Shown: piece by piece, positions 1 through 12,700 of the stretch
Numbering within the stretch: the stretch's first letter is position 1
Layout of the letters: each line of letters begins with the position of its first letter
From: Meyerozyma guilliermondii
Taxonomy: Eukaryota
DNA: 64,000 nucleotides
Direction of reading: 5' to 3'
Assembly (NCBI GenBank): GCA_051546255.1
Contig: CP128817.1
Span: 1,116,001 to 1,180,000 of the forward strand
The notes under the pieces: model-generated
What the model saw: only the letters and a program-made list of their open reading frames with translations
The model's database searches: none
What the model was told of the DNA's origin: nothing
Position numbers and translations under genes: made by a program

Positions 1-783
1 ATAAGCTCCTGTTCCACGAATGTTGTGAATGTGCAAGCCAATTCCACCAGCACTCTTGGAAATCAAAGCACAAGTTTTCAACGTGTCATAAATACCGTCG
101 ATAGAGTCTTCCTTCATGGCAACCAAGAAACATGAAGACATCTGAGGAGATGGAGTACCAGCATTGAACAAAGTGGGTGATCCGTGGGTGAAGTAACGTT
201 GCGACATCAAGTTGTATGATTCAATAACCTTTTCAATGTCATCACCATGGATACCCACAGCAACTCTCATAATCAAATGCTGAGGTCTTTCGGCGACCTT
301 TCCGTTGATACGCAACAAGTATGATCTTTCCAACGTCTTGAAGCCAAAGTAGTTGTAGTTGAAATCTCTGTCAAAGACAATAGCTGAGTTCAACTCGTCA
401 GCATGTTTCTGGATCACATCATAAGTCTCTTTGGAGATCATAGGCGAGTGCAAATCTGTCTTTGGATTGATGTAATCGTAAAGCTCTTTACTCACTTGAG
501 AAAATTGCTTAGTAGTTTGCTTGTGCAAGTTTGAAACCGCGATTCTTGCTGCCAAAATGGCATAATCTGGGTGGATGGTAGTCATGTATGCGGCAGTCTC
601 AGCAGCCAAGTTGTCCAACTCGATGGTATTAACTCCCTGATAAACACCAGAAATGACTCTTTGAGTGATGGCAACGGCATCGACATGAGCAGTATCGAGT
701 CCATAACAAAGTCTTTGGACTCTAGCAGTTATTTTGTCAAACCTTACGGGTTCCTTGCGTCCATCGCGCTTATAAACATACAT
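1..783 (-). CDS. RNR1: Ribonucleotide reductase large subunit, 5' part (runs off the left edge)
   Basis: Not in ORF track. Reverse strand from ATG at 783 reads [21 protein letters not shown] (ATP cone), later [23 protein letters not shown] and [11 protein letters not shown]. Confidence 0.97.
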   Translation of the reverse strand, partial: MYVYKRDGRKEPVRFDKITARVQRLCYGLDTAHVDAVAITQRVISGVYQGVNTIELDNLAAETAAYMTTIHPDYAILAARIAVSNLHKQTTKQFSQVSKELYDYINPKTDLHSPMISKETYDVIQKHADELNSAIVFDRDFNYNYFGFKTLERSYLLRINGKVAERPQHLIMRVAVGIHGDDIEKVIESYNLMSQRYFTHGSPTLFNAGTPSPQMSSCFLVAMKEDSIDGIYDTLKTCALISKSAGGIGLHIHNIRGTGAY

Positions 784-853
784 CGTGAGTAAGTATTAAA
801 GGCGCTTGAGAAAAACAAGAAAAGGTGGGAAAAGTTTGAACTAAATAGTGATG

Positions 854-1045
854 ACGCGTCTGCACATAAAATGCGCGTTTTTTAGCATGAAATCAACAAA
901 ACATTTGTGATCAGCGGGGTGTCTTTGTCAGCAAGATGCGACTTTGCCATACAAAATACGGCATACAACTGGTTATATGCCGTACCGTCCTGATTTGACA
1001 GGAACGCGTCTTACTAATTGATGTTATGGTCTGAAAAATACGCGT
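854..1045. promoter_or_regulatory. MCB (ACGCGT) cell-cycle boxes in the RNR1 promoter
   Basis: Exact ACGCGT at 854-859, 1004-1009 and 1040-1045, plus GCGCGT variants; MBF sites are typical of RNR1 promoters. Confidence 0.8.
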
Positions 1046-1286
1046 TACGGCGCGTCCGATTCGGAAAAGGCGGCCCAATGTGGCAGCCGCATCTCGTAGT
1101 TTGTCCGATTCGGAAAGAAGACAGACTTATATGGTATATTGAATAACATGCCCTAGGGCTATTAGCTCGTCGGAGCTGATCAGCTCCATGTTTGCTATAA
1201 AATTCAGTGCTACGTATTCCTGCTTTTACTGAAAAATGTAATGAATTTCATAACGTGAATGTCTATTCGTTGTTATACCGTATTGC

Positions 1287-1669
1287 TTATTTAGATTCCT
1301 CTTTGGATAAGTCACTGTTGTTAGTTGCTATTTTGGGAAGACCACCATAAACCATGGGTTGTACGCAGGTGGCTTATATGCCGTCGGTCGATGAATCGAG
1401 GACCTATCATTTTAAAGTGTACTTACTTGATGAATTTTTCCAAATCAAAGTCTTCTTCTTTGTTGCTTGACGTCGCAGCAACAGGGGCTGGGGTGGCAGC
1501 AGACTCGGATTTGGATCTTGGCCAAGCGACAACTCCGGCAACGCTTCCTAACGTGAGCAATGCAAGCTGAGTTAATATTATGGACTAATTACATCCACAC
1601 CACCAATTGCATGTTACGTACGATGTGTGATGGCACTTGTTTGCCGAAAATAGTGTAAGCGGCACCCAT
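1287..1669 (-). CDS. ATP19: Mitochondrial ATP synthase subunit k, 3 exons (1669-1622, 1566-1427, 1314-1287), 71 aa
   Basis: Spliced product MGAAYTIFGKQVPSHI|LALLTLGSVAGVVAWPRSKSESAATPAPVAATSSNKEEDFDLEKFIN|DLSKEESK*. Intron 1 GTACGT..TATTAAC..CAG (55 nt); intron 2 GTAAGT..AACTAAC..CAG (112 nt). N-terminus resembles yeast Atp19 (MGAAY...). Confidence 0.88.
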
Positions 1670-1764
1670 GATATGTGATTAATGTGAAGACGATCCAATT
1701 GCGACCGGAATTTGGTGCGACTCGCACGGGCCGGGGTTATGTGCCGTCCGCTTGGTTGCGGAGG

Positions 1765-3195
1765 CTAGTCTTCAGTAGCGGCAGCTTCACGCCAGTAGTT
1801 TTCAGCATTAAAACGATTTAAAACCTCTAGAGCTTCGTCATCGGTGTTGCTGTACATCACAGACCATTTCTGGAACTGTAGCTCCGTAATTTGTCCCTCC
1901 CACAATAATGTACATTTATTACCTGATAAGTCTGGTGGGGCTTCATTCAGGTCTTTTGGTTGCACAGATTCGGTCCATTTTATACGTCTGAGCATTAATT
2001 TTTTGTAAAAGTTCACTGCTTTGGATCCTCCTTCCACAATGATCAAGTTAAACTTGGGGTTACGGAGGCACATGCCCACTAGTTCCAATTGCTTTGCATT
2101 CATGTCCACCTTAAAACTGTGCTGAGGATTTTGTAGCAGATCGACTCGAAATATCGCAGCGAAAAGTCCTTTTTGCATATCTTTCAGTCGTGCTTCGTGA
2201 ATTTTTTCATGACGTTGCTCCGGCGTAAGTTTTCTTGATTCGTTATCTTTCATATGGTTCCTGAATCGTTCTTCAACTTCTTGGCGTACACGCATTTCCA
2301 CAGCTGTTGGATCCTTGATCGCCTCATTTGTTAGGACATTCATAAGATTTGCTAGTTTTACTTTTGGTGGAGGAGGAGGATCAAGACCCAATCTTATACG
2401 GTCTTGCTTTTCCTTGTGCTTTTCTTGACGTTCATTGCGATGAATCCGTTTTTGTTCATCTTTAGTCAAATGCATCGGCCTTGATTCTTGAAGCAAATTA
2501 TCAGAGGGCGCTGAAAGTATAGGAGGGTGCTCGATGTAAATTGTCACGGGCGCCTGTGGATTATCATAATATAGGCGACTTTGATCTTCATGATAAGAAT
2601 TACCTTTGAGATAGGGACGATCCCACCATTCAACCAAAGGTGGCTGCCGCAACATATATAGGTGCTCGGCAATACTCTCATCTGGAGCCAATCCTTTCGC
2701 CTTTTTTTCTTGCTGTTTCTGTGCCTCTCTTTCTTGCTCTAGGGCCATATTTCTCTCCCTTGTAGCAATCTCTACAAATTTTCCTGGTGTGTTAAGTTCA
2801 AGGGGACGTGCACGGTGTTTTTGTACACCAATATCTTGCTGATTCAAGTAAGGATTTATAGCATGTAGGTCAAAGTTTTGTCGCTTCCTATTTCCATGCA
2901 ATGGATTCTGGCTCTTTGGCAAACTTTCAGCAGTAACCACCAGGCTAAGAAGAGGATGTAACTCAATGTTCAAGCCCCCCTTCTCCTTTTCTTGACCTTT
3001 TTGTTGGATTTTGTTGTAAATTGAAGGTTCATTCTTTGTTTCTGTTTGATTTGAAAATCCACCATTGCCAGTTTTTCGCCACTTTGACGTTGAAGATGTG
3101 GTCCGCTTAGACGGAGAGATGCTTCGTGTTCGTTTTGGGTTATTTTGTGGCTGCCTCAGACGGCCATTTATGGTTTTGGGATGGCTATCAGACAT
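1765..3195 (-). CDS. PRP3: U4/U6 snRNP splicing factor Prp3
   Basis: 476 aa; EWWD motif, IRLGLDPPPPPKVKLANLMNVL, NAKQL..G, IVEGGSKA..YKKLML.RIKW. Confidence 0.95.
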   Translation of the reverse strand: MSDSHPKTINGRLRQPQNNPKRTRSISPSKRTTSSTSKWRKTGNGGFSNQTETKNEPSIYNKIQQKGQEKEKGGLNIELHPLLSLVVTAESLPKSQNPLHGNRKRQNFDLHAINPYLNQQDIGVQKHRARPLELNTPGKFVEIATRERNMALEQEREAQKQQEKKAKGLAPDESIAEHLYMLRQPPLVEWWDRPYLKGNSYHEDQSRLYYDNPQAPVTIYIEHPPILSAPSDNLLQESRPMHLTKDEQKRIHRNERQEKHKEKQDRIRLGLDPPPPPKVKLANLMNVLTNEAIKDPTAVEMRVRQEVEERFRNHMKDNESRKLTPEQRHEKIHEARLKDMQKGLFAAIFRVDLLQNPQHSFKVDMNAKQLELVGMCLRNPKFNLIIVEGGSKAVNFYKKLMLRRIKWTESVQPKDLNEAPPDLSGNKCTLLWEGQITELQFQKWSVMYSNTDDEALEVLNRFNAENYWREAAATED

Positions 3196-3744
3196 GCGGT
3201 ATTCTCGTATAGTTCATATAAATGTGGAAATAGCTTGTGAATGTGGTAATAGTTATTAGTTGATGTGCCTTGAGTTTATCTTCGAGAGACTGTGCTCGCT
3301 TTTATGTCCTAGCTCGTTCTCACTGCTATTACCCTTTGGTTCACTAAAGTTAAACACACCTCTTCGCAACCATGTCGCCTCTTATATGCCGTACACCATG
3401 GGCTGCGATCTGTGCGGGATGTCCGAAAGGTACACTTGACTAATAGTGTTTTTTGGTCGGGTAGTTGGCATCACATAGAATCACCTGATCAAGACTCTAG
3501 TTATAACAATATCTAACAGAACGAAGGGTTACACTTTCCAGTTTTGTTTTTACACCTGTTGCAAAGCAACTTTGGTTTCACCTTTCAAGTGTCGTTTCTG
3601 TGACACTTAAGGCCGATAATAGAGTTTATTGGAATCGATATTGGGATAGATTTACCAAACATTTATCCAGAATTTTGTATATCTGACTGTGAGGCAGTAA
3701 AAATCCGCACTTTTTTGCATTGCTATACCCAATAAATCACTACC

Positions 3745-6700
3745 ATGATCATCTCGAAAAGAAACCATTTGGAAAAAATGGAAATGGCCGAGCCATTAAA
3801 GGATCTCATTGACGAAATGACCACATCGCCATTGCCTGATCTAACGCAACTACTTCAGAACAACTTGACGTGGGAAAGACCGCGTGGTGACTTGTACCAT
3901 TGGGTACCAGTACTTAATAGGTTTGATGAAATTCTCGAGACTCAAATTCAAAAATATGGATTTGATAAGGAAATTGTTCCGCTTTGTGAAGTATCTGAAT
4001 CCGATGATAGTTTGGTAACCTCAATACTTCTTTACACTTCAGTGCTTCTTGAACATTGTTCCAACAGATCTATCTATGCTAGTTCTGATAGATTGTACCA
4101 GTTGGTGTTGGCGCCCTCAATATCCATCCAGCAAGCAACTCTCAAAGTCATGGTATGTATGGGGGAATTGTTTGTGCAAACCAGCACTTCCAAATACGCT
4201 GCTCCAAAACCTATAAGAAGCAAGATCATTCAAATTGCAAAGAGCTTTCCTCCTCCTGTTCCGGCAAGTTCGTTCCAAAACAAAAGCGAGAAGGACAAGT
4301 CTTTTATGCAGTTGACATGCTTAGACTTGTTGAACCCAAAAACAAAGTATCCCACCAAGTGGAAACTGATAGAATTTCACTACTTTGCTGAAAAGCCTAC
4401 ACCATCCAAGAGAGAACGGAAAAAGAAGTCAAAAAGGGAAGCAGCCGAAAAATCTGACCCACCTGAAGGTTTGACAAGATTTCTTCTTCCCGAAGAAAGC
4501 GTTCGCAAGCATTCGCTTCAGCAGATCTACGACATGGCACTGGCCTCGATCCCACAACAATACTGGTTCGAGTTCTCTCTCCACGCAAGAGTTGCAAAAG
4601 CCATGAACTCAAAGACTTCAGACGCATTGAAGCTACGTGAAGGTTTGTTGAACACGAAGCTTATAGCTTTAGCATACGTTTGTTGTATCATACCCAACGA
4701 ACTCGATCCCTCGATTCTTACAGACTTGGTGCAAATTATTCTGCCTGAGAGTAGCTCCATGGTGACAAGAAATCTTTATTTCAATGCTATTAAAGCCCTT
4801 GAATGCATTTCTTTGAGACGGGTATGGAGCAGCGACCTCATTAGGAGTCTTGGGGGTAACGTGAGCCATGGTGTGCTTTTCCAATGCATCAGACATATTC
4901 GAACAAAAATTATCAATGAAGATGATGACTGCTTCGAAAAGGCATATATCCATCTTTTCAACATGATTGGTAACATGATTCCTATCAATAGTTTGGCTAC
5001 AAGACTTGCAGCTGGTGGGCTCTTGAAGGAGTTATTAGATTTTTTCAATGTCAAGTCAAAGTATAGATGGACGTGCTCCGCGGCGACTCACTTGACTACT
5101 TTGTTCATATCTTCGCATACCGATTCAATGGCTGATTTCGTTGCCCTTGGAGGCTTCAAAAGATTGATCGAAAACATTGAATATGAAGTGAATTTTGCTT
5201 TAGAGAACCCTGGATTTGGCGGTGGAGCTCCAAAGCTGGCCAAAGTCTACTACACTATCACCTTTCGTCAAGCAAACTATATTCGTAATATGTTGCAGTT
5301 GACGACCCACTTGATCGAAACCGAATTAGGAGACAGGCTCAGAAACCTTTTTGACTCATCAATATTGCATAGCTTCAATTTGATACTTGAGAACAACTGG
5401 ACGTTTGGTCCTCTTATTCTTGGTGCGACGATTGATGCGATATTCTACATCATTCACAACGAGCCCACTGCTTTCCCAATTTTGAAAGAAGGAAAGGTAG
5501 TCGATACCATATTAGATAATTATGAGACGTTATTCATGCCGTCACCAGACCTATTGGTGACACTTCCGGAAGTTCTTGGTGCAATATGTCTCAATAAAGA
5601 CGGTCTACAAAAAGTTCTTGATTCGAATGCCATACACAAGTATTTCCAGTCTTTCCTAGAAGTCAAGTATGCAAAGGAGTTGGTTCGAGCAGATATGGCA
5701 ACGAATTTGGGGTGCTCCTTTGATGAACTTGGACGTCACTATCCGCTGTTGAAACCGGTGATTTTACGTGAGGTCAAACTTTTGGCGCAAAGACTTCCTG
5801 GCGTTATTTCCGATTCTGTCAGCGGCATAAAGATGTATGAGTCCGATGGGCGTGCCTTGTATCTGAGCACTGAAGAAATAATAAAGGATGAGGATGGAGA
5901 AGCTCAGATCGATTCATGGGAAACCTCCTCTACGGCCTACGTTTTGGATAACTTTTTCTTCTTCCTTGGCGGCTTACTTCAAGATAGCGGCCAATGGGGC
6001 AAGGATGCCATGAGCGAGATTCCCTTTAGCGTTTGGCTCGAATTTCTCAAAATAAAGAACACGCCCTATGACTATACAAACTCCAATGGGTTTTCTACCT
6101 TCATGGGTGTTTTGAAATATTTTGATGACGAAGACAGGAACTATGGTTTGCCGGTGCTTTTCGAGGAGATTAAAAGCAAAATAGAAACTCCGCTCCTTAC
6201 GGACTTCTTTTCTTACTCATCAAAGCTCAGTTACTTTTCGTTAACTGAGCATAGCATAGAACAGTCCACTGAAGTTCTCAGTGAATTGAATGTTCTCAAC
6301 ACTCTTCTTTTTGCATTGACAGAAACTTACGTTAATCCAAGCTTCCTTTTCCATGAGAGGTTTCATCAGTTGACAGATTTTTTTGGTGCTAAGGGATTTT
6401 CGGTCCTTGAGAGAATAGGTTCAATGTTGCAACAATCGATTATGGAAGAAGCCAAAATCAACTCTATGTTACCTGCTGATGTTTCCATGAATACGTCGCC
6501 TGTATTTGATATCCTGAAGGAATCGACACCAATAATTTTGCATCCCAAAGAACCAGGAGATCACAGTTCAAAATCTCAGGAGGCTACGAACGCACCCTTC
6601 AAGAATACATTGCAATTAAGATACTTGATGTTCCGATTCCAAAACTATGCCGTTATATTATTTGGCTCTCTTGGAAAAATATGCATGCATAAACGTCAAG

Positions 6701-9700
6701 ATTTTGTGCAAGCTGACTGGAGAAGATCTGCCGTGGAGATAACCATTGAAATCGGGCGAATCTTTTCCAAACTAGTGGACTATTCCGAGGTTTTGAAGCA
6801 GGACAATGATAAGCTGCTTTTCGAACGTTATTTTCTTTCTTTGACTGACATTTGCCTTTACATATTGGTTCAGAAAGAGAGAAACAAAGCAATGCTTCAA
6901 ACGTCTTTGGCTATGTCTTTCTTACAAAACGGAGTCTTGCATGGAATCAGAGAAAATACCTGTCAAGTCTTTGCGAATTTACTTTCTTTGCCTGAACCAG
7001 ATAAGACATCTGAGTCTACAGCTGAGAAGTATTACATCTCAACCGATCCCCATGATATTTTACTGAAAGCTACAGCTAAAGCGATTCAGCTTTTGTTGTA
7101 CCTCTGTGACGAAGATCTGATTCTTCAATTGCCTTCAGGAAAAAACTATTTTCATCAAGGATACGACAATTCTCCAGATGATCACCTAGTGAGCACCTTT
7201 GCAATGCAGTGCAAGGTTGAAGCATTGAAACTCCTTGACTCATTTGTCGAGCTTTTGAAGCAAGGTGTGATTGGATCCCTCCAGCCACCTATTACAAAGG
7301 CTATCGCCCACCTTGGAAAACAATTGTTTAACGACACACACGAGGAAAAGATCACTGACTTTTATCCTCTTGACGTTAAGAATGTGCACCCACCAGTCGA
7401 TCAGGTGAACTATTTGATTACGCTAGGAATGTCTGAACAAAATGCTAACCACTTCTTCCGCCATGCTTCACATTTGGACCAAGGAACTTTACCCACTTGT
7501 CCTAACCTTGAACTTAACGAAGATGACTGGGGAGACTATGTTGCTAGGATCAACGAGGATGCTATTGACTTTCTGCTCCATTATCCGTCATCTCCATCTC
7601 TAAATGAGTTTAAGCAATTGAGAGCTGACTTCTCCTCTCAATCTTTTGCTATCTGGAACCTTTTTGCCAAGCTAAGTCCCCTGTGTATATCGAACATTGT
7701 TGAGGCATACTTAGCGCAAGCGTCAACTGCTGATGAGAGAGAGAATTTGGTATCTGGTCTCATGGATGAGGTTACAAAGGCAGCAGTCTCGTTCGCAGAC
7801 AATAGCGAGGAGAGGGAAAAGCTTGATATATCAGCTCAATTTCTCCGCTCGGCAATCAAGATCCAGAAGCCCAAGTACCTGGTGTATGATCGAATTGCTG
7901 ATTTCACTCTTAATGAATTGCAACACCGCTCCGAAAATCTCAACTTTCCCTACTTTTACAGCATGTTGCAAATAATGGAACAGGTTTTATGTTTCAAGAG
8001 TCTTCCGGAGCTAGAACCATCGAGGCACAATGAAAATTTCAAGTTCGGTGATCCATACTTATTGGACGATTCCAGGGTCAAATTTCTTTGTCAGCTCGTT
8101 TTAGACCTTAAGGGCCTCAATTCAATTGATGCTGCCATGTCAGTGACGAAGATATTGATTCTTTTGACACAGACAGACATCTTTTTACTTCAGGTCGCAA
8201 AGTCGAACGTGCTTCCTGAACTATTGAAATTTTCAAGGTCTCTTGATAGGGAAAGAGGCTTTATCCTTAATGGTGAAAAATCGTTCACCAAAGCAGACAG
8301 ACAAAAAAATCAAGAGATCTACGATAGGTATCACAATGCGCTTATTGTATTATTCCGCAGGTGTTTCGAGAACTCTGGTTTCTTGAAAATCAATTTTCTG
8401 GTGGAGTTGAATGAGGCTTCTCGACTTAGTTCACGGTCAAAGCGAGACTTGCGGTTTATCTTGCGTGAGTCGTCAACATTGATCTTCCGTCAACCGCTCA
8501 CTTTTGCTGATGTTTTTTCCGAAAGATACAGACTACACAACTATGATGGTGCCGAGCTAACCCCTACTTCATTGAATGTCTACAGGCTTTCCGATGCTGA
8601 AATAAAGAGAGGGACAAACTCTGACGTTCATATGGCTGACTCCATGGAAGAAGACGCTTCACTGTCCGATTATAAGCCTCTTCACTCAACAGGGTTGGTT
8701 CATTTGTTGATCTCAGAATTGATGGAGTTGAGCAAAACTGACTGGTTTTCAGACCCAGTTGACTCTGATTCTAAAAAGCGGGAAGGTGACAACACTTCAA
8801 AGATGAAACGTGAATTCGAGGTTTTCAAAAACCCTAACTTTTCGTATGCTTGTTTCCTCTTACAAACTCTTACAGAGCTACTCAGTTCCTATAAGGATGC
8901 AAAGCTTGAATTCTTAACATTCTCGAAGAAGAACGGAAACGAGTTGAAACCAAGGTCAACCGCACTCAACTTCCTTCTTCATCAATTGCTTCCAACAAAT
9001 TCTCTTCAACATTCGCTGGGACTTGAAGGTGATAGGCGTGTTGCAATCTCTTCAATTACTAGACTTGCAATTTTGGGGCTAGTGTCAACTCCTTTACTCA
9101 GTGGTGAGAATGCTGTGGTTCCAACAAATGAAGATGTGGATATGGCTTTCATTCGAAAATTCTTCGTGGATGTATTCCTGAAAACACTTATGGAAAGCTT
9201 CAGATCACCAAGTAGCATTGAGCTGCGCTATAGTAAGCTCATAGATCAATGTGAGTTGTGCGGTTCCTTGATATCGTCGAAGTTCAGGGAGACGGCTGAG
9301 CCAATCTTGAACAAGAATGCCACTAAGCACGACCAGTTTTATGTCGCAAGAGTATTCGTCGACAACAATCTCCCTCAGTTGCTTTCTTCACTTGTTGGTG
9401 AACTCGATCTCAACTTTCCACAAATTCACAAGGTAATGAAAGCATGTTTGAAACCCGTTACTCTACTTGGAAAAATCAAAACGGATCAACATGATCTTTT
9501 CGATGGTGAAACGGTGGATAAGGATGACGATGAAGAAGTACCAGAAGTCATGGAGGAAGGAGATGAGACTCCAGACCTCTTCAAGAACTCCACACTTGGA
9601 ATGTACGATGTTGAGGACGAAAGTGAAGATGAAATGGACTACTATGATGAGAATGGACCCCTTGAAGTCCTCATGTCAGGGGATGAAGTATCAGACGAAG

Positions 9701-12700
9701 ATGGAGAGCTCAATAGCAGCGAAGAAGGTTCAGAGTCGAGTTTTGACGAGGATTCTGATCTTAATGACGATGATGTTGACGAGATGGACGAGGTTGGCGA
9801 CCAGGACATTGAGATCATTGATGAATTGGAGTTGGACGCTGACGATTCTGGTTCAAACGACTCCTTGGGAGAAGATGAAGACGTTTCAGACAGTTTTTCC
9901 AATTATTCTGGTGATTTCGATGAAGATCTTACGGATGAGAACAGCATGGGTGAAGAAGACGAAAGTGAATATGACGAAGAGGACCTTGATGGATGGATTG
10001 AGGCTTTTGAAGATGATGCTGGAGACGTTTCGTCGCATGATAATGCCTCTAGCGTTCACAATGCTGATAGAGATAGTCACAGAGCCGTTGATCTTGAACT
10101 TAATGATTCGGGCGATGAAGACGAAGAACTCAGTGACGATGACATGCAACCACGATCTGGTTTGCCTTCTCGTACACGAGAAAGAGAGTTCACTACATTC
10201 TTAGATACAATCGTTCCCAATGGTCGTAACGACGACTATCTTTTCTTTGGAGATTTGTTCACAAGAGCGAATCGAGGCAATATTGCTCGTGGTGAGATTC
10301 ATATCGGGGTACATGACAACATGTCACAATTTGATAGGGCTTTTGACAGTCTTATTGAGATGCTCAACAACCCCAAAAGAAACCCAGACAATGTCAAGAA
10401 TGAAATGTATCTCAAATCAACGGTTGAAAGATGGGAGGATACTTATAGAATGTTCAAAGATGAAGTATCGTCATCTGAAACCAGAATCATTCCTGCCATT
10501 TTGAACCGCATAGAAGCAGATAGCATCGAGTTAAACAAGAAAAGGCTCGAGGAAGTCAAGAAGCAACGTGAGGAACGAGAAGAAAGATTGAAGAAGAAGG
10601 CAGAAGAAGAGAAGATTTTGCGTGAGAAGGAAGCGAGAGAGAGAGAAGAACGACAGAATACAGCTCCGCCACATGAGCCGGTTCTCGTTCACATTGGTGA
10701 TAGAGAAGTCGACATTTGTGGAACTGATATAGATCCAGAATTCTTCGAAGCTCTTCCAGATGATATGAGAGAGGAGGTCTTCACTCAACATGTTCGTGAA
10801 CGAAGAGCCAATGCAACTTCTCAGGATGGTGAAGCACGCGAAATCGACCCTGATTTCTTGGATGCTTTGCCTGAGAATATAAGGGACGAGATACTTCAGC
10901 AGGAATCTATGGCACGTCGTTTCTCAGGGTTGAGTGATCCCAGATTTGACCTGGCCGATAATGACGATGATGCAGATGAGGAAGACATGCAAACTGCTCG
11001 TTCTATCATATTACCAAGCAGTGGCCTGGAAATTGATGCTCATTCGACTTTGCGGGACCAAGATCTTCTGTCGCCTGCTCTGAAAGCGAAAAAGTCTTAT
11101 GCCACTCTGTTAATGGGCAAGTCGGGCGTCGCAGCAATTATTAGACTTCTCTTCGTTCCACAGCCACTTGTTAAGCGTGAGTGTATCTATCAAGCTCTTC
11201 ACTATACATGCAACAACAAGCAGTCCAGAACGGAGGTTATGAACTATTTGGTGGCTCTTCTTTATGATGGATTGAATAACAAGAGACCATTGGATAAACT
11301 TATGGCTCAAATTGATAACAGAGTTGGTGTTGAACAATCTAAGAACACCGATGCTAAAAACGCGAAATGCCCCGTCGAATGCACGCCATTGACGCTTGGA
11401 CTTCAGGTAATTGAAGCCATTGACTACCTTCTTGAAAGAAACAATCATGTTCGCTATTACATTTGCAAAGAACATGAAAACCCATTCATGTCAAAGAAAT
11501 CGTCAAAGAAATTAAGGGCTCTGGCTCATCTCCTGAAAGAGAGCAAATATCCTATCAATCTCTTGTTGAAATTACTAGAGAACGATATCATATGTGAAAA
11601 TCAAGCCTTTGTGGACATCTTGGCTCGAGTATTACAAATGTCCACTAAGGCAATCAGTGCATTTGTGAGAACGAAATTAGGTTTGCAAGCCAATTCCAAT
11701 TTGCCTTACGTTCCAGAGCACAATGTGAGTCAAGTCATCAAGATATTGACTGCTAAGGAATGCCCTAATGCTACATTTATGCGTACCATAGGTGCCATGC
11801 AGAATCTCTCTGTTTTGCCCAATGCTCAGAAGACTTTCTCGTTGGAACTTTCTGATAAGGCAACATCCTTGGGTTCCACAATTATTGAGGATCTCAACGC
11901 TTTGAGCAAAGACTTGGAACAGTGTTCAGATCCAGACAAAGGAATGGCTCATAGCAAAGCTTTTTCAAAGTTCTGTGCTGCCAGCTCTGATCAAGCTAAA
12001 CTCTTGCGGATTTTGACGGCGTTGGATTATATGTTTGAGACAAAGGAAAAGAAAGAAAAGGTGGACGAAGTCGAAGAATTAACAGGTCTTTATAAGCGCT
12101 TGGCCTTGGGAACTTTGTGGGATGCATTGAGTGAGTGTTTGCAACTCCTAGACGGGCGGCTGAACACGTTTCAAATCACAACTGCATTACTTCCTTTAAT
12201 TGAATCGTTAATGGTTGTGTGTAAACACAGTCGTGTGAACGAAGTGCAAGTGAAGGATGTCACCAAGTACGAAGCTCGGAAGGTTGATTTCAAAAAAGAA
12301 CCCATAGAGAGTTTATTCTTCTCGTTCACTGACGAGCACAAGAAGATTCTCAACCACATGGTTCGCACGAATCCAAATTTGATGAGTGGACCTTTTGGAA
12401 TGCTTATTAGAAACCCCAGGGTGTTGGAATTCGACAACAAGAAGAACTACTTTGACAGAAAACTACACGAGGAAAGTGACGACAATCTGAAGATTGCTAT
12501 CAATGTTAGGAGAGATCAAGTATTTTTGGATTCATACCGTGCACTTTTCTTCAAGTCGAAAGACGAAGTTAGGAAATCCAAGCTAGAAATTAGCTTCAAG
12601 GGAGAATCGGGTGTGGACGCTGGAGGTGTGACAAGAGAGTGGTATCAAGTTCTTTCTCGTCAGATGTTCAATCCCGACTATGCATTGTTCACTCCAGTTG

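Noticed and set aside
1325..1570. 81-aa plus-strand ORF
   Set aside because: Antisense to ATP19 exon 2 and intron 2.
9467..10204. 245-aa Met/Lys/Thr-rich ORF overlapping TOM1
   Set aside because: Off-frame shadow of the GAT/GAA-rich acidic tract.
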